A stretch of DNA of 62,024 nt, counting the filler, from Rhabdomonas costata (lineage: Eukaryota), in assembly GCA_019059605.1 (NCBI GenBank). It is 21 parts of 21 records of this genome, joined end to end, with 100 filler letters (N's around TTAATTAATTAA, not from the genome) between each part and the next. Parts side by side here need not be neighbours in the genome. Positions count along the whole stretch, not along the records: positions 23,728 to 26,586 come from JAHMHO010001875.1; positions 26,687 to 29,542 come from JAHMHO010001876.1; positions 29,643 to 32,502 come from JAHMHO010001877.1; positions 32,603 to 35,456 come from JAHMHO010001878.1; positions 35,557 to 38,409 come from JAHMHO010001879.1; 16 more parts are not named here. One strand, written 5' to 3'. The notes below the pieces were generated by a model. The model ran no database searches, was not told where the DNA came from, and was given only the letters and a program-made list of their open reading frames with translations. Of this stretch, positions 26,195 through 37,380 are shown piece after piece; within the stretch, counting starts at the first letter, position 1; each line of letters begins with the position of its first letter. Position numbers and translations under genes: made by a program.

Positions 26195-27404
26195 GTCAGC
26201 AAACACACACACACACACACACACAACAAATCGCTTGCGCCCGTCAGTCAGCTGTCACCAATAGCCAGTCAGGTATCAGTCAGCGCGCTACGCGCCCAAC
26301 TCACACACACACACACAAACTCTCCCTCTCTCCCCCTCTGTTTACGCGCACGTCTCACGGCCGCACAAAGAACACGAGGAATGATCCGGTGGTGAAGACA
26401 TCAGGTCCACATCAGCGGAGATTTATTGTTCACCTGCCCACATGCAAAACCAAATGAATAACGTCGTTCACATTCAGAGGAATCCGAACTCAAACAACTA
26501 GATGTTTGGTCCAATGGCTATGTGACTTCAGCCGGAGCTTCAACAGGGAACATGAGCTCTATGCTCCACCCCAAAAAGAATCCAGANNNNNNNNNNNNNN
26601 NNNNNNNNNNNNNNNNNNNNNNNNNNNNNNTTAATTAATTAANNNNNNNNNNNNNNNNNNNNNNNNNNNNNNNNNNNNNNNNNNNNCCGAGGACTACACT
26701 GTGAAGCCGTTTGACTGGTCAGACCACAGGCAGAGGGCCGCGTTTGCCCTCACCGACATTCCCAATGCAGACAGCAAGTGTGCCATGCGGCTTTTTGTTC
26801 GCTCGCTTGTGCACCAAATGTGCTGTGGCTGTTGCAACGTATGGCTCTTAACTACCTCGTACGCGATATATCGAGAATTTTTCGGATCGTCTCTTGGTTA
26901 TTTGATTTGAATGTCTGGTGTCTTTTAACTCGCATTCGAATTTGGTTGTGTGCGGGTTTTGATTCTTGACAGAGGAATGCCGCCGTTTTTTCGTTGAATC
27001 GGCTGCTCGCGGCTCGGCTGTTCACCCTCGGCTGTTCGCCCTCGGCTGATCGAACAATCTTGACAATAATGAGGGGGGTGCCTTCCCGTTGGGGTCCCTT
27101 CAAGACTTTAATTCAAGCGGCCATTGCTTCGGCCTGCTGCAGCTTCGCTCACGCGCCTGCCTGATGGATAGTCTTTGGGGCCGCCTTTGCAATTATGAGA
27201 AGTACCGGTGACCTCCTTGTGTTCTTGGCCAGGACGGTCTCCGGTTTTTGCTGGCAGATAAGGATAGATGCAGGGGGAGGAGCACCTCACCGGCCGAATG
27301 TCCTACACTCCACGCAGCCCGAGTGACATGCCTTTTTCATGCTGATCCGCTCACCCGTGAAAGGTTTGAAGGAAGCTTTACATGAAAGCCTCAAAGAGAT
27401 TCGG

Positions 27405-27490
27405 AACCCTAACCTTAACATTAGTCTTGCCTGGGCACCCTGACCTCAACTAGGACCCAAACTCTATAACTCTATAACTCTACCCTAATT
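27405..27490. repeat. Degenerate CCCTAA-like (telomere-type) repeats
   Basis: aaccctaaccttaac, accctgacc, cccaaactctataactctataactctaccctaa. Confidence 0.4.
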
Positions 27491-27933
27491 TTAGCACCAA
27501 GGGGAAGATAGAAATCCTCTCACACGCCTTCATCTTCATCATCGTCATTTATCATGATCATGTTGAATGGGGTGTGCTGAGAAGTGCATTTCTACCCCAA
27601 TAACCTACTGAAGGTGCTATCATGGACACAGTGGTTGCGTTTTGAATTTGGTTTGTATTCATGCTCTCCAGAAAACAACTGACGTCAACTCTGCAGGCGG
27701 AATGCATCCACAGTGGGAGCAAATGCAACAGGAACCGTAACAACCACTAGAGGGGTGGGGAGACCTCTATGCCTTGTGGCGGTGTTCATTGAACGCACGG
27801 ATCCAAAAAGGGTGCGTTTGTCGTAAATGGTTGCGGCTGATGGATTGGTTTTGCTGTTCCGCAGGAGTGTGAGACTACGTTCGTTCTGCATATTATGCTT
27901 GTCTTTCGTATCCGCTGACAACAAGTCACTCAT

Positions 27934-29516
27934 ATGGCCGAGACTGAATTTGTCCCCGAGCTCTTCGCTGAGCCCGAAGGTTTCTTTGAGGCCGAGGCGC
28001 CGCCCACCACCACGGCCTACACCCTGAAGGACGGCCGCATTCTGACTCTGGAAATGGTCGGAAGTCACCCACTATACGGCCATCTACTGACGTATGCTGT
28101 GCTTCCTCTGCAGCGGCGCAGCGCAAAGTTTTTTTGACAGCCAAAACGGGACTGCGTCACAACAGCGCAAAGTTCGACCCCTACGAAATGCTTTCTCTGT
28201 TTGTGTAAATGTGCAACGGCCGCTGCCCAGTACAGCAGAGGTATGCCTGAGAATACCTTCGCCAACGGTAACATATGTGCGAACCATACAGAACAGAAAG
28301 CTAACCATGGCTGGTTTTCGCGAAAATCGATCGTTTGCTTCATATCTTTCCCATCGGTTGCTCTTTTTTTTCTAATAGGGGAGCAAGCCGAGTTTTGGCC
28401 AACAAATTGGACGGACTTGATCTCCATGGGAAGAGGTATGTGACCCGCTTGCCCTTGCCACCCAAAGTGTATGGAGTTTGTCTGTATGTTTGCATCCATG
28501 CGTGCATGTGTGCACATTAGAACCCGCTGCTGTGCAATGCAACTCTATGTCTGCTACGCCCAATGCTCAAACTTTGTGTGTATGTCGTTGTACTCAAATT
28601 TGAATTTCGAGGCCGTGGGGCAACATCTAAACTTCGCATTAGTGCTGCAGTTTCTATTGCGATTTAAGAGGAATAGGAAAAGAAGAGGTGAGGGTGTGGG
28701 TTTTACTTCTTGTTTTTCTGATTTTTCATTGCTTTTGCTTGTTTGCTCCTTGCCTGCTTTGTTCGTTTTAGGTGTCTGGAGCTTGGCGCCGGTTGTGGGC
28801 TGCCCTCATTGGTCGCAGCATGCAGTGGTGCTGAGATGGTTTGTTCTTTTGGTGAGGAGGTTGTGGGGGTGCTTTCTTGGTCGCAGTTGCCCCCGCCCCC
28901 ACCGCTGCTCCCTTCGCTTGGAAACATAAGAGGCTGAAGACTTAATTTCTTTTGGCTTGTTCAGCTCCTGTTTCTTTCTCTTCTCTCTCTGTGAGGTGGT
29001 GGTGACAGACTACCCCGAAGTGGAGCTTCTGGAAAGTCTGCGCAGAACGGTCCACAGGAACCGCACTGTGCTTCCGGACCCCAACTCCGTGATCGTGGAG
29101 GTGCGCCACGTGTACCCCTGAGGAAATACAGCGGAGCGACGAGGGCCGTACACACTCATAAGGTTCCACTGTGGTTCCGTTTGAGCACGGCAGGGTGATG
29201 TTTTCCACGTCTGTGTGCTCTTATGTGGATCGTTGCCACCGTAGGTCCAACCAAAACGTTCCCAGGAGCGCTGGGACCCTTTTTTGCTTTCTATGGTTTT
29301 CGAGAGTAGTGCATGAAATCAGTCAGGCTTAGATGAAACTTCAACCCTCTTACCACTTTCTGTTTTGATAAACGCTGAAAGACATGAGGAAACATTCGCC
29401 TGTGCCCAGGGTCACTTGTGGGGAAAAGCCACGGATGTTCTGAAGGCCAAGGTCCGTGGAGAGGCGTTCGACTTGATCGTGTGCTCGGATTTGCTCTTCA
29501 ACCACCATTGCCACAG
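27934..29516 (+). CDS. EFM7: Protein N-terminal/lysine methyltransferase EFM7/NNT1 (MTF16 family; partial, 5 exons)
   Basis: Exons 27934-28091, 28379-28435, 28772-28838, 28996-29100 and 29410-29516 join in frame. They give LFAEPEGF, VGSHPLYGHLL, motif I CLELGAGCGLPSLVA, VVVTDYP, GHLWG and FDLIVCSDLLFNH. Confidence 0.9.
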
Positions 29517-32500
29517 GTGCTTTTTATGCCTTCAGTGTCCTGNNNNNNNNNNNNNNNNNNNNNNNNNNNNNNNNNNNNNNNNNNNNTTAATTAATTAANN
29601 NNNNNNNNNNNNNNNNNNNNNNNNNNNNNNNNNNNNNNNNNNTGTGGTGGGTGTGGTTGGTGGTTTTTGTTTGTTTTTCCTTCTTTTCGCATCGCCTCCT
29701 TTTTTCCATCCTCTGCTTTGTCATGCATGTGTTATATTTGTTTGTATATGATTGGTATAACTCATGCCCATTCACTAGGTTTGCGCGCATGTGTGCTGAA
29801 TCATCATAAGGCAGTGGTTTCTGTACTACCCGTGCAGTGACAATAACAGTACCAAGTCAGTCGTTTTTCTCGGAGGAACCTGAAAATTGTGTGGAAATGC
29901 TCGCAGGAGGGTTGGCACTTTTGGCAACAGCATATTTTACAGCGAATCACGAGGGAGGGATTAAAGAACCCTTTAAAGTTAAGTTGTATTTTACTTTCCT
30001 ACTCATTCTTTCCCACAAAAAAGGCGGTACATGACAACGTAGGTAATGCGCATGCTTTAATTTGGAGAAAGCCTTACATATGCATATACAAATCGTGCAG
30101 GTGATCACCAGTGCCGCTGGAAAGTGGACCGCATACGCAAGGTTTCCAAGTGGCTGATCAGTCATACGACAGTCATTACTCATCCGCCTACTTCCACATT
30201 GGAAACGGTTCTTACGCCATGAATTGCTTGCGTACCTCTTGCTCTGTCCCACCCAAAGGAAAATATGGCCCGGTGACCTAGGCAGTCATTTTGGGCATGA
30301 ATTTGCAGATAAGGCTAGTAACTCCCCGAAACTGAGAATTTAGTATGTGACATTTCGAACAGAAGTCTTTTTAGCCTATATTTATGCCGGTGGTCCTTCG
30401 CGGCATCCTGTGGTGTGCCGTGGTTAAAAATCTCTCAGTTTACGGAGTAGCCTGCTATGTCTTACCCCTCTCTGTGGAACATTTTTAGTGTCAAAAGTTT
30501 GAACCATATAAGTTAATCCCCCCCTCCTCCCCCCTCAGTACTCTTTTGCGCAGACGCGGCATTTGGAGATTTGCATGGGGGAAAGAATTCTCCCCTCCAA
30601 ACCCGTGTGATGTCCCGAAGCGTTTTTCACTCTGTTTTGCGGTAAAACGAGCGATATCTTAGTATTTTCCTCATAATGCTGAAGTATTTACCCTTCCCAC
30701 TACCTGCGTGACTAGGTGAAATCGTCCATGCGTGGTACTTTGTTAAGTTCTGGGGGGGGAGGTCCAAGAATAAGCCAAGGAAGCAAATCTTCCGTGATCC
30801 GGAGGTACAACAATATCCGGATTGCTTGATTTTGCGTGCGGAACATTGTTGTGACAGTTTGAGCAGTGACTGTAGGCCACCTTTAAAGTGATGTGGTTTT
30901 TGTTTAATTGGTGCAGTAATATCTTTCTTAAGAAAAACCATTCAAAAGACTCAATTCATTTGGCTGAATAATTTGATCCGATTTGTGACATGGGCCCAGC
31001 ACGGCTACCACCACCGCTGCAGTTACGCCTGGACTCCAGGGTCAGGTTGAGAAAAGGTCCTTTCTTTGTTTGAATCAAAGAAAAAGAGCGCAATGCCAAT
31101 CCTTTGTCGCCGATCAGTGCGATTCACGGTTTCTGCAGCAACTGGAAAGGTTGCGAAAATCACCAGTCCATGGGCATCTTGTTGATGATCGACCACATAA
31201 TGCGCTCCGTGTTATGAAAGCCTGGCAATCAAGCGAAAATGTGGGCTTGTGTTCATGGCAATCGCCATTTTGGGATCTTGGCTTCACATTTTCGGGGTTG
31301 CACCGAGAAGGCAAGACGGGATCGTCACCTTACAGAAACCAAAAATAATGGAAAACAAAACTTCAACAGGTCGACAACCGAAGTGGTCGAATAAGTGGGT
31401 TGCTGTTTCAAAGTCAAAAATACAGCATTTGCAGAAAAGGCGGTGAATCGAAGAGAACGACCTCAAACAAAGCTGAAAGATGCGTGCTTCGACAAACATG
31501 CTCCTTTGTGCCAGAAGCCACCGATGCAAGAGAACAGACGAGATGGGTGAATGCAGCATGGATGAGATGGTGATCCATTGGTGGTCCATTGCTCGAGAAA
31601 TTCCGAGAAGAACTGCCGAAAAGTTTTCGGTGATGGTGGTGGTGGGCGTGAGGAATGGAGGAGTGTGCCGATTTCCGGGACACGCCATGCTGCCACATGC
31701 ACCCTGGATATTATCCCTTCTCAAGCTGGGAATTAGAGCCCCCCCCCGGATCGATGTTCATTTGGGAACCAAGAATTCCTGAAAAAAAAAAAGAACCACA
31801 CAACAACATTGATGCCTTATGGGTATGTGGTGCGTCAATTGTGAAGAGCGCAGAACAGCTACTGCCCTTGACTGCTGGGGCAGACGGTACTGATGCAGTG
31901 AATTTGAAAAATGTGCCTGCATGTGATTTAAGTTGGATGTTCGTGTCAGGTTCCAGAGAAAGCTTTACGTTGCTTGAGGGGGAATGATTGTGGTGGATAG
32001 CAACGGAGAGTCGGAAGCTAGTAGCACTCTTTCAGTGAAGGTTGATTCACCGGACCACAGTCCCTCGTCGTTTTTTCATGACAACGGCAACGGGCTTTCA
32101 ATGATTCCAATATTACAGCGTTTTACTTTTGTGCGTTTCCCCCTGCTTTCCCATGAAAGCAGCATCTCGTGGCGGCCAGCAAGTGGCTTTGGACTTTGCT
32201 GTGCTATTCAGTGGCTTCTGTCCATTCCTCCAGCAAAGAGAAAGCGAAAGCGTACAAGGTCGTATGTTCTTCCACCGGAGATTTCTGACGCAGACTGCCG
32301 TATTGCCAGCTTCTCTCGGACTTCTCATGCTTTCCGAACCCCATCTTGCTGTGCACGTTTCGGCATTCGCGGGTCGCCAGAGTCAATAGCTTTTTATTCC
32401 CCCGCACGCAGCCGAAGGAACTTGCATTTCTCTCTGCTCAGGATGCTGCCCAGAACCCGACAGCCTCCCCTGTCACACCGCCTCCTCCTCCTCCCCCACA

Positions 32501-32759
32501 ACNNNNNNNNNNNNNNNNNNNNNNNNNNNNNNNNNNNNNNNNNNNNTTAATTAATTAANNNNNNNNNNNNNNNNNNNNNNNNNNNNNNNNNNNNNNNNNN
32601 NNGTGGGCACACGAAATAGGAACGGGGGGGGGAGGGAGGTGTTTGGGGTTCGCGAATGTCGATGGGCTGGAGTCAAGCCAATATATTACTCAGTGAGACT
32701 ACTGTGTAGTTTGTGCGTGTGATGTTCGTTGGCTTGCTGCCGTCTCAACACTCAGAGCG

Positions 32760-33587
32760 ATGCAGGCTGTGTTGTTTTTGGCCTTCGTTGTGCTGCTGTG
32801 CCTGGTGGGGTCCTCCTATGGCGCGCCTCGCAACCCCTGCGGGCTGCTCCAGGTGTGTGAGGATCCCGAGGGCTGCTCGATCATGAGTGAGCGTCCCCCA
32901 GCGAAGTTCGAGGTCCAGGTCACCACCACCGTGGGCCGGTTTGCCATCCGCGTGGAGACGGCGTGGGCCCCACCCTTCGCCCGGCGGTTCTGGCAGCTCT
33001 CCCGGCTGGGGTACATGGATGGCGCTCCGTTTTACCGTGTCGTCTCCAAGGACTTCTCTGGAAAGACCCCGTCCAGGCCCCCCTTTGTTGTTCAGTTCGG
33101 CTACAGCGGCACTCCAGACGTCGACAACTGCTGGGACAACAACATGGTCTCCAACGAGACGGCCCCTGTGGTGGCACCGGGCAACCAGAGGGGGTACCTC
33201 TCGATGTCCATGGGTGCGGTGATGGAGAAGACCAAGGACACCCCGTACTGCACCCTCACCCCATCCTCCCCGTACTGTGCGCTGGGGTTCAGCACGAATG
33301 TCTTCATCAGCCTCGGCGACAACGGCAAGCTGGACGCCCCGGGGTTTGCGATCTTCGGGATGGTGGACTCCGCGGGGATGGAAGTGGTGGACTCGCTGTA
33401 CTCGGGCTACGGAGAGATGGCTGACTTGTGCCCCTCCGGGAGCACAAGTCCGTACTGCAACGGCGTCGGCCCGGCCTGCAAGGGGGTCAACATGTCGGAA
33501 ATGATGCTGTATGGAAACCGTTACCTCGCGCAGGACTTCCCGCTGATGAGCTACATCCAGAAGGTAGAGGTGCTAACCACTGCCTGA
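32760..33587 (+). CDS. Secreted cyclophilin-type peptidyl-prolyl isomerase, intronless, 275 aa
   Basis: Signal peptide MQAVLFLAFVVLLCLVGSSYG; WAPPFARRF, FYRVV, FVVQFG, GNQRG, VFISLGDNGKLDAPGFAIFG, GMEVVDSLYSGYGE, GNRYLAQDFP. Confidence 0.9.
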   Translation: MQAVLFLAFVVLLCLVGSSYGAPRNPCGLLQVCEDPEGCSIMSERPPAKFEVQVTTTVGRFAIRVETAWAPPFARRFWQLSRLGYMDGAPFYRVVSKDFSGKTPSRPPFVVQFGYSGTPDVDNCWDNNMVSNETAPVVAPGNQRGYLSMSMGAVMEKTKDTPYCTLTPSSPYCALGFSTNVFISLGDNGKLDAPGFAIFGMVDSAGMEVVDSLYSGYGEMADLCPSGSTSPYCNGVGPACKGVNMSEMMLYGNRYLAQDFPLMSYIQKVEVLTTA

Positions 33588-34153
33588 TGACGGGCATCCT
33601 TGCAATGGCTCTTTCTCGGTGCTCTTTTTTCCACTCTGTCTCACTTTCACGCTTCTGACTCACGCAAGTTGTCTGCACCCATTTGATCCAACTTTTGGTT
33701 GGCGCATCGGCGTCATCTCTCTCTTTCTCTCTTTTGCACATTGCCACCGCTTTTGTGCGGAGCGGAAATTTCCGCGAGTCTGACGGAGGGATCCGAACAA
33801 TACATATATCGTGAGCGACGGTTTGCGGGCTCCGTTCACTTGGGGAAGGGACAGTTAAAACGTGGTGGTGTTTGCATCGCCTCTTTCTCTACGAATTAGT
33901 GAACAACCATGGCTCATTGAATTGCGATCATGGAGACTCCCTCCGCATGCAATTTGTTTCGTTGGCGTTTATTTCTCATCAATCTAGTTAATTCTCGATG
34001 TAGACAGCAGCCTTCATTGGCTTCTTAGTGGAGCCGAAATGTGATGTCCCTCCATTTATCCGTGAATTTTGGATTTCTGGAGTTACTGTACTCAACAGTA
34101 GAGGCAGGATTGTTCTTGCTACTGGCTGTTATTTTGCTTGCCAGCTGATCACA

Positions 34154-34423
34154 ATGGTTCTGCGAAAGCTTCGACCCTTTTGGGGCCTTCTCTTTCTCGT
34201 CGTTCTCACGGTGATGCTCTCCCTTTCCCCTGACCCCTCTCGTTTCACTGATGCCCCCCCAGCGGTTTTGCTCGCGCGTTACACGGCCTTTTCCCCCGCA
34301 CCTGTCCTGGGAAGCTGCGCTTTGGCATCATCAGCAATACCCGCGGGTAGTCGCTCCCTTTCGGATAGCAGCGGGCGGGTGGTGTCCCAAATCGTCGCTC
34401 AGGCGTGTGCCTTGCAGCGCAAG
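34154..34423 (+). CDS. First exon of a type II membrane protein, unknown
   Basis: MVLRKLRPFWGLLFLVVLTVMLSL (basic tail plus TM segment), ending at a plausible donor aag|gtcact. Confidence 0.35.
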
Positions 34424-36449
34424 GTCACTGAACTGTGGGTGCGGAAGTGGGCCGTGGACGAGCCCGGGGGTGGGGGTGATGTCGTCCGAGGGAGCCTTTG
34501 GCCCTGCTGCGGCTATGCTATCTCATTGTCAATTGAATGTTTTCGGCCTAGTAGAACCCTTTCCTATTAAGGGTCTGACAGGGGCAGAATCACTTTGGTC
34601 TTAAACGTCTGCACCATATTCGCCGGGTGACATACCCTCCCCCCTCACCATGTCACTCCCAGACCGGATAGGATCAGAGTGGAGTCTGGAGACCAGAGTG
34701 GTGGTTCTTACAGTACACCCTCCCAATGAGTCTGTCGCTGGATTGAGGACAATGCCTACTCAGGCAACGGGGCATGAATCCGTTGAAGTTTCATTATTTT
34801 GGCCCTTTCACACAACCGTGAAAGGCACCATGCCGGGGTGCCAATGGTTTTTTGGTTTAATTTGTTTTTGACACGAAATTCGGAATAATATTCAGGTGTG
34901 TACGTTCCTGTCATCGTTCCATTGCGGGCTGTGGTAGGCACGAATCTTGCCTCGCCGATTTTGTTTCCGAAAATGCGGAAATGAAAGAAGTCCGAGGCCC
35001 CATAAAACAAATCATTCCGGCCCAAGTGTCGGCCCGCAGTACCAGACTCTTGACCTACCTTCAAGAAATCAAAGACACTCGTGCCCAAAATTAGACTGTA
35101 AACGCCTGTGTCCAAACGTTCAAAACTGATTTTCACTCTTTTTTATTTAGGCTTAGTCGCATTTCACTATACAAATAGCTCTGCCTTGCTGCAATATCAA
35201 TCCCTCTTAATTCTCTATCTCTTAATCTTATCTATCCATTCGTCCGCTTTTCATTGCCGAATCTCCTGCTCACATGCTTCGGGTGAGGTGAAAGAAACAG
35301 CGGTAGGGCTATTTATGCCAAGAACCTATATAGAAGCTATATAGGAAGCTATATAGTAATAGGAGAGATATCGTCGAAGCCCTGGGTCCTGGGCTGCGTC
35401 CGGGAGGTGGCCTCGCGGCTACCACAGTTGTGGCCTCGGTGCTTCCTGGCTGGGCCNNNNNNNNNNNNNNNNNNNNNNNNNNNNNNNNNNNNNNNNNNNN
35501 TTAATTAATTAANNNNNNNNNNNNNNNNNNNNNNNNNNNNNNNNNNNNNNNNNNNNGGGGGGGGGGGGCGGAGCAATAGTTCTCGGTTCCAATGGCTTGC
35601 GGTGGTTCGTTGTTTATTCACGTTTTAGCATTCGGTTGAGAAAAGGAAAGTGGACACATCTACACCAACAAAGGAGAAACAAGGCAGAAATGCGGTATAT
35701 CACCCCTTCATCCCTGGGGCCGGTTACCTGAGAGCTTGCACAGCCTGATCAACGACGCACCCCGCAGTGAGGATAGCGCTCAGCACGGGATCATCGGCAG
35801 GGAAGTTCTCCCTCTAGGCACCAAAGGAAGACGAGCATGTGACAAGGTGTGTGTTGTAATTATGAAAACAATTTTCCGGGCAATAAAATTAACGTCGGGC
35901 ATATGAAGTGAAGGCCAAGCGCCACGTTGCCACCCCCTGCAACTACAAACCATCTTCTCTCGTTCGCCAACATTTCCCGCAGAAATACACCCACAAACCC
36001 ATCACGTGGCAGTGGCATGAGTTTACACAGACACGTTTCAGTGAAAGCTTGAGCGCGTTTCACATCCAGCGTTTTTTCAGCTTAAAAAAGCCCCGCGACA
36101 TAAAGTAACCATGTGGTGTGAGTGCAACAGGCACATGATGAAGGGGTCAGGATGCGGAGGATGCAGGGAAGGGCGGCGTTCAAGAGAGAAGAATGGTTGT
36201 GTGGCTGGATACGTAAACTGAGGCCAATGCTCTTGCCGGATGATGGTTTCTGTTTATGCGCCTTATCTCTTCGCACTAGTCAGGACGCAGAGAAACCAAG
36301 CCTGGCTTGTCTTCAGGCAGTCAAGCAGGCTGTGCACGTGACGAATTCGCCTTTTTCCCCTTATTTTGTTTGTGGGAAGCCTACAGCAATGTGGTGATGA
36401 GTGTAACAGGCGTATGATGAAGGGGTGAGGAGGGAGTGGGACCGTCACG

Positions 36450-37380
36450 GCCGTGGTGTGCGCCGTGCTGGTCTGTTGGAGAAGCACAAGGTTGTCCCAG
36501 AAGGTCTCCAGCCGCCGCTTCAGCCCACTCAGCTGCTCCTCCTCCGCGGTGGCGGTTGCCTTGGCCTTTTCCACGGCGGGTTCCAGGGCACGGTGCGCCT
36601 TCCCGGTGCCCAGGCTGCTCTGCAGGCTGCTCTGCACCTTCACCTTCAACGAGGGCCATGATGACCTGTATGCAGACGGGGCATATTTCAGCAATCACGG
36701 AGACCATAAACAATGATAACGACACCCGTATAGCGCCAGCATACATTGCTCTCACACAATTCAGCAAAACTCTTTTGGCTGTGCGCGGGTGTGCCCTTAT
36801 ATTGGCTCGCTGTGGTGGTCGGGCTGGCACCGACGACTGGCGCGGGAACTTGGGGTCGGACAGTGCGCCCGCCAGGATGGGAAAGCCCCGCTGGTGACGC
36901 AGCGCCGGGCTGTCCCCAGTGTGGCGGGGTGGGTGCGCTCAAGGCGACGTCGTTGCAAGCGGACGCGGCCGCAGGTTTTTGGGAAAAAGACCCGCAGTTC
37001 TCCAGTAAACGAGGAATTTCTGTCGCGGCCCTGGTGTTCAGGGTGCGCGTAGAAGCGGAAGCTGCCGAACGCCAATGCGAAAGTCTGGTCGTTCACAAAG
37101 AACACATTGACAAGTCCAGTGTTCAAAGTCTGGTCGTTCTTTTTGGGGCGCTGTTTATGCAGAACTTTAGAACGCTTTAGCTCGGGAATTATTTTCCTGT
37201 CGTCGGGCTTTCTCCCGTCTATCGTCCAACATCCGTTTGCTTCGAGACTGTTGATTCTAGGTCCTTTCAGGGTGGTAACCATCGCCATCCAGTATGCCCT
37301 AATCGCCATGGGCAAACATGTCATCGGGCTGTTCCCGAGTGACAAGGGGTTGAGGCCTGGGAGTCGTTCTTCCAGGAGCT
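36450..37380 (-). CDS. Probable exons of an unknown protein
   Basis: GC3-rich exon after catacag (ALEPAVEKAKATATAEEEQLSGLKRRLETFWDNLVLLQ), plus upstream open frames. No family recognised. Confidence 0.3.

Noticed and set aside
29811..29830. GTTTCTGTACTA as a kinetoplastid/diplonemid spliced-leader match
   Set aside because: Only about 12 nt match; the rest of the leader and the GT donor context are missing.
31150..31730. Tc1/IS630 transposase remnant on the minus strand (PTFSLD..., MWSIINK)
   Set aside because: The motifs are weak, lie in different frames, and their spacing does not fit a DD34E domain.
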